A stretch of 49,654 nucleotides of DNA from Candidatus Cloacimonadota bacterium (GTDB lineage: Bacteria > Cloacimonadota > Cloacimonadia > Cloacimonadales > TCS61): the NCBI GenBank assembly GCA_030620155.1, contig JAUXFF010000003.1, positions 1 through 49,654 of the forward strand. The letters are read 5' to 3'. The translations under genes were made by a program, and so were the position numbers. The notes under the pieces were generated by a model. The model ran no database searches. It saw nothing but the letters and a program-made list of their open reading frames with translations, and was not told where the DNA came from. Below, piece after piece: positions 47,111-49,654 of this stretch. The first letter of the stretch is position 1. Each line of letters begins with the position of its first letter.

Positions 47111-48061
47111 ATGAATAAAAAACTACTAGTTACATTGATTACCTTGATCCTGATAGGCATGTTTTCAACGGTCGCTGCTGAGAATAATCACCTTTTTCCT
47201 TGGATTAGGATGGGATTAGGTGCAAAAGCAATGGCTATGGGTGGAACAGGAACTGCATTTATGGACAATATTACAGCTACTTATTGGAATCCTGCTGCTC
47301 TTGCTAATGTAAAAAGAGCAGAATTTGCTACAATGTATACTGATATGGGATTGGACAGGATGCAAAATTATGCCGCCTTAGGAACAAGTTTTAAGTATGG
47401 ATATGTAGCCTTGAGCTGGATTAATGCCAGCGTTGTTGATTTTGAGGAGTATAGTGGAGTTGATGATTATGTAGGAGACTTTGACTACAATGCTCACAAT
47501 ATTGGCTTAAGTCTGGCTTTAGGTCCTGGTAAGTTCAAATTCGGTTTAACAGCGAAGATGTATATGGATAAAATGGCTGAGGATACTGAAAATGGATTTG
47601 GCTCTGATTTGGGAATATTATGGAACATCAATGAGTATTTAAGCATTGCTGGAATGATCAGGGATATTTATTCAGAAATGGATAAAGAAGAAGTTCCTCA
47701 TCAAGCCGTTCTTGGTCTCGCTGTACATCCGATTTACGGTCTTACTTTTGCTACAGATCTTAAAACCGTAAAACATTCAGATGAGTGGACTGTTCATATT
47801 GGAGCTGAATATTGGACAGGAATTGGGAGAGATACGGAGATTGGATCCAGTCATTCAGGTATAACTCTTGAAGAGAAGACCAAATGGGATGAAATAATTT
47901 CTAATACTCAAGCTGGAATTAGATTAGGTGTAAATAATGGTGATTTTACAGCTGGATGTGGAATCAGATTTAAGATGCTCGGATTGAACTATGCCTATAT
48001 ATCAGAATCAACACCAGGATTTGACGACTCCCATCAATTCACACTCATTTTAAAATTTTAA
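47111..48061 (+). CDS. PorV/PorQ-family outer-membrane beta-barrel
   Basis: GLGAKAMAMGG...ATYWNPAALA, alternating beta-strands, C-terminal HQFTLILKF; GGAGG RBS before the ATG at 47111. Confidence 0.88.
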   Translation: MNKKLLVTLITLILIGMFSTVAAENNHLFPWIRMGLGAKAMAMGGTGTAFMDNITATYWNPAALANVKRAEFATMYTDMGLDRMQNYAALGTSFKYGYVALSWINASVVDFEEYSGVDDYVGDFDYNAHNIGLSLALGPGKFKFGLTAKMYMDKMAEDTENGFGSDLGILWNINEYLSIAGMIRDIYSEMDKEEVPHQAVLGLAVHPIYGLTFATDLKTVKHSDEWTVHIGAEYWTGIGRDTEIGSSHSGITLEEKTKWDEIISNTQAGIRLGVNNGDFTAGCGIRFKMLGLNYAYISESTPGFDDSHQFTLILKF

Positions 48062-48065
48062 GAAG

Positions 48066-48105
48066 AATTTAGAAGGGAGGATTAAATTTCTCCCTTTAAA
48101 TTTTT
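48066..48105 (+). terminator. Hairpin with T run between the PorV-like and OmpA-like genes
   Basis: aatttagaagggag ... ctccctttaaatt followed by tttt. Confidence 0.55.
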
Positions 48106-48135
48106 CTGAGGGCGAAAAAAAATTAAGGAGACCCC

Positions 48136-49654
48136 ATGAACAAAAAATATAAACTTCTAATAATTTTGATAGTATTTGTCTCTATTTTTCTCTACAGTGA
48201 GAATGAAAGATTTTTAGTTGAAGCTAAAAAGTATTTTGTACAGGGTGATTATGATAAGGCAGAACAATGGATTAAACTGTCTATGGAAAAAAGAACAGTA
48301 TTACCCGAGGATCACTATTGGCTGGGGAAAACTTATATAGCACTTCAAAATTACGATCTAGCTTATGAACACATGAAAATCTATTCTGAGAAAAATTTGG
48401 GAGTTGATAAAGAAGAAATAGATACAATACTTGAAATTATAAGTAACCAGATTGAGATGACCAAAGCAGGGAATAATATTTATACACTGGGAAAGATCTA
48501 TGGCTATGTTAATAGCGAGTATTCTGATTTTGCCCCGATCATCTTTGATAATGGTAATAAGATGTATTTTACATCTGCAAGATTAGCTGAAAAAGGGAAA
48601 GATAATATCTGGATGGTTGAAAAAGTAGCAGGTGAGTGGGTGGATCCTGTGCTTATAAATAATCTTTCTACTAATAGAAATGAATCATTGGGTTCATTTT
48701 CAGAAGATGAAAGTGTTGGATATCTTTTCGCTAACTATCTATCAGATTCCAAAATGGGTGATATTTACATGAGTAGAAAACATGATAAAGGATGGGAAAA
48801 ACCAGGTCTTGTTTCCGGTGTTAATACTGAGAAAATCGAATTACAACCTTCTGTTTTCGAAGATAGAATAATGTTTTTTGTCAGTAATCGAGATGGAGGT
48901 TTTGGAGAATTAGACCTGTATGTTTCGGAAAAAGTCGGTGGCTCCTGGTCAAAACCTGAAAATCTTGGACCTGTAATTAATACCCAGGAATTCGAAGAAA
49001 CTCCTTTCCTCGAATGGGATGGTAAAACTTTGTATTTTGCGTCGAACGGTCATCCCGGTTTAGGTGGTTTTGATATTTTTAAGTCTGAGAAAATTGGTGA
49101 GACCTGGCAGGACTGGAGTAAACCTGAGAATCTTGGGTTAGTTATAAACTCCGTAAAAGATGAGCGTTATTTTTATCGTTCACCTCTTTCAAATATAGCA
49201 TATATCTCATCCAATCGTTTTATAGGACTGGGTCATGAGGATATTTACCGTGTAAATATTACACCACCTGAGATAATTGAGGAAGAACCCCCTGTTTTAG
49301 TAGAACCAGAAGAGGATATAGTTCTTGAGGATTTGCAGGTAGATGAAGTTATCGTAATCGATAATATATATTTCGAATTCGATAAAGCAATATTATTGGA
49401 AAAATCCTACCCTACCCTGGATTACCTGGTTGGAGAACTGCTCAAGAACCCCCATTTAACTGTTGAGATAAGCGGACATACTGACGGCATAGGTTCTAAT
49501 GAATATAATTTGAATCTATCACTTGAACGTGCTGTATCTGTTATTGACTATCTGATTGAAAAAGGTGTTCCAGCAGATAACCTTATCAGTAAAGGTTATG
49601 GTGAAGAAGATCCTATTGCTGATAATAGCACGGATGAAGGAAGATCACAAAATA
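48136..49654 (+). CDS. TPR-PD40-OmpA family protein (PorE-like); 3' truncated by the window and absent from the ORF track
   Basis: AAGGAG RBS, MNKKYKLLIILIVF signal, TPR-like helices, PD40 repeats (FVSNRDGGFGELDLY, PENLGPVINT, LYFASNGHPGLGGFDIF), OmpA domain NIYFEFDKA...ISGHTD...NLNLSLERA...GYGE. Confidence 0.92.
   Translation, partial: MNKKYKLLIILIVFVSIFLYSENERFLVEAKKYFVQGDYDKAEQWIKLSMEKRTVLPEDHYWLGKTYIALQNYDLAYEHMKIYSEKNLGVDKEEIDTILEIISNQIEMTKAGNNIYTLGKIYGYVNSEYSDFAPIIFDNGNKMYFTSARLAEKGKDNIWMVEKVAGEWVDPVLINNLSTNRNESLGSFSEDESVGYLFANYLSDSKMGDIYMSRKHDKGWEKPGLVSGVNTEKIELQPSVFEDRIMFFVSNRDGGFGELDLYVSEKVGGSWSKPENLGPVINTQEFEETPFLEWDGKTLYFASNGHPGLGGFDIFKSEKIGETWQDWSKPENLGLVINSVKDERYFYRSPLSNIAYISSNRFIGLGHEDIYRVNITPPEIIEEEPPVLVEPEEDIVLEDLQVDEVIVIDNIYFEFDKAILLEKSYPTLDYLVGELLKNPHLTVEISGHTDGIGSNEYNLNLSLERAVSVIDYLIEKGVPADNLISKGYGEEDPIADNSTDEGRSQN

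Overview
AT-rich bacterial chromosomal window. An FCB-group anaerobe such as Candidatus Cloacimonadota is the likely source (inference from T9SS-like C-terminal sorting domains together with strong Shine-Dalgarno sites). Left half: an ArsR/DUF47/PiT/APC-permease cluster containing a TctC gene remnant, an S1 protein with a long acidic N-terminus, and a low-GC minus-strand accessory block (wHTH-DUF488, a frameshifted conserved partner, ORF6N, TcmP, a radical-SAM/DUF5131-like enzyme) that looks like a nucleic-acid modification or conflict system. Next come gcvPA/gcvPB split by a GxxExxY cassette between two ~180-bp repeats, TSUP plus a TPR histidine kinase, and lptD flanked by several REP-like palindromic elements. 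Right half: a 23.3-kb gene for a 7752-aa, very acidic, secreted Ig-repeat protein with a T9SS-type C-terminal domain. It is followed by a PorV-like barrel and a TPR-PD40-OmpA (PorE-like) gene that runs off the window. No rRNA, tRNA, CRISPR array or transposase was recognised. All family calls come from motif recognition by eye, not from database searches.
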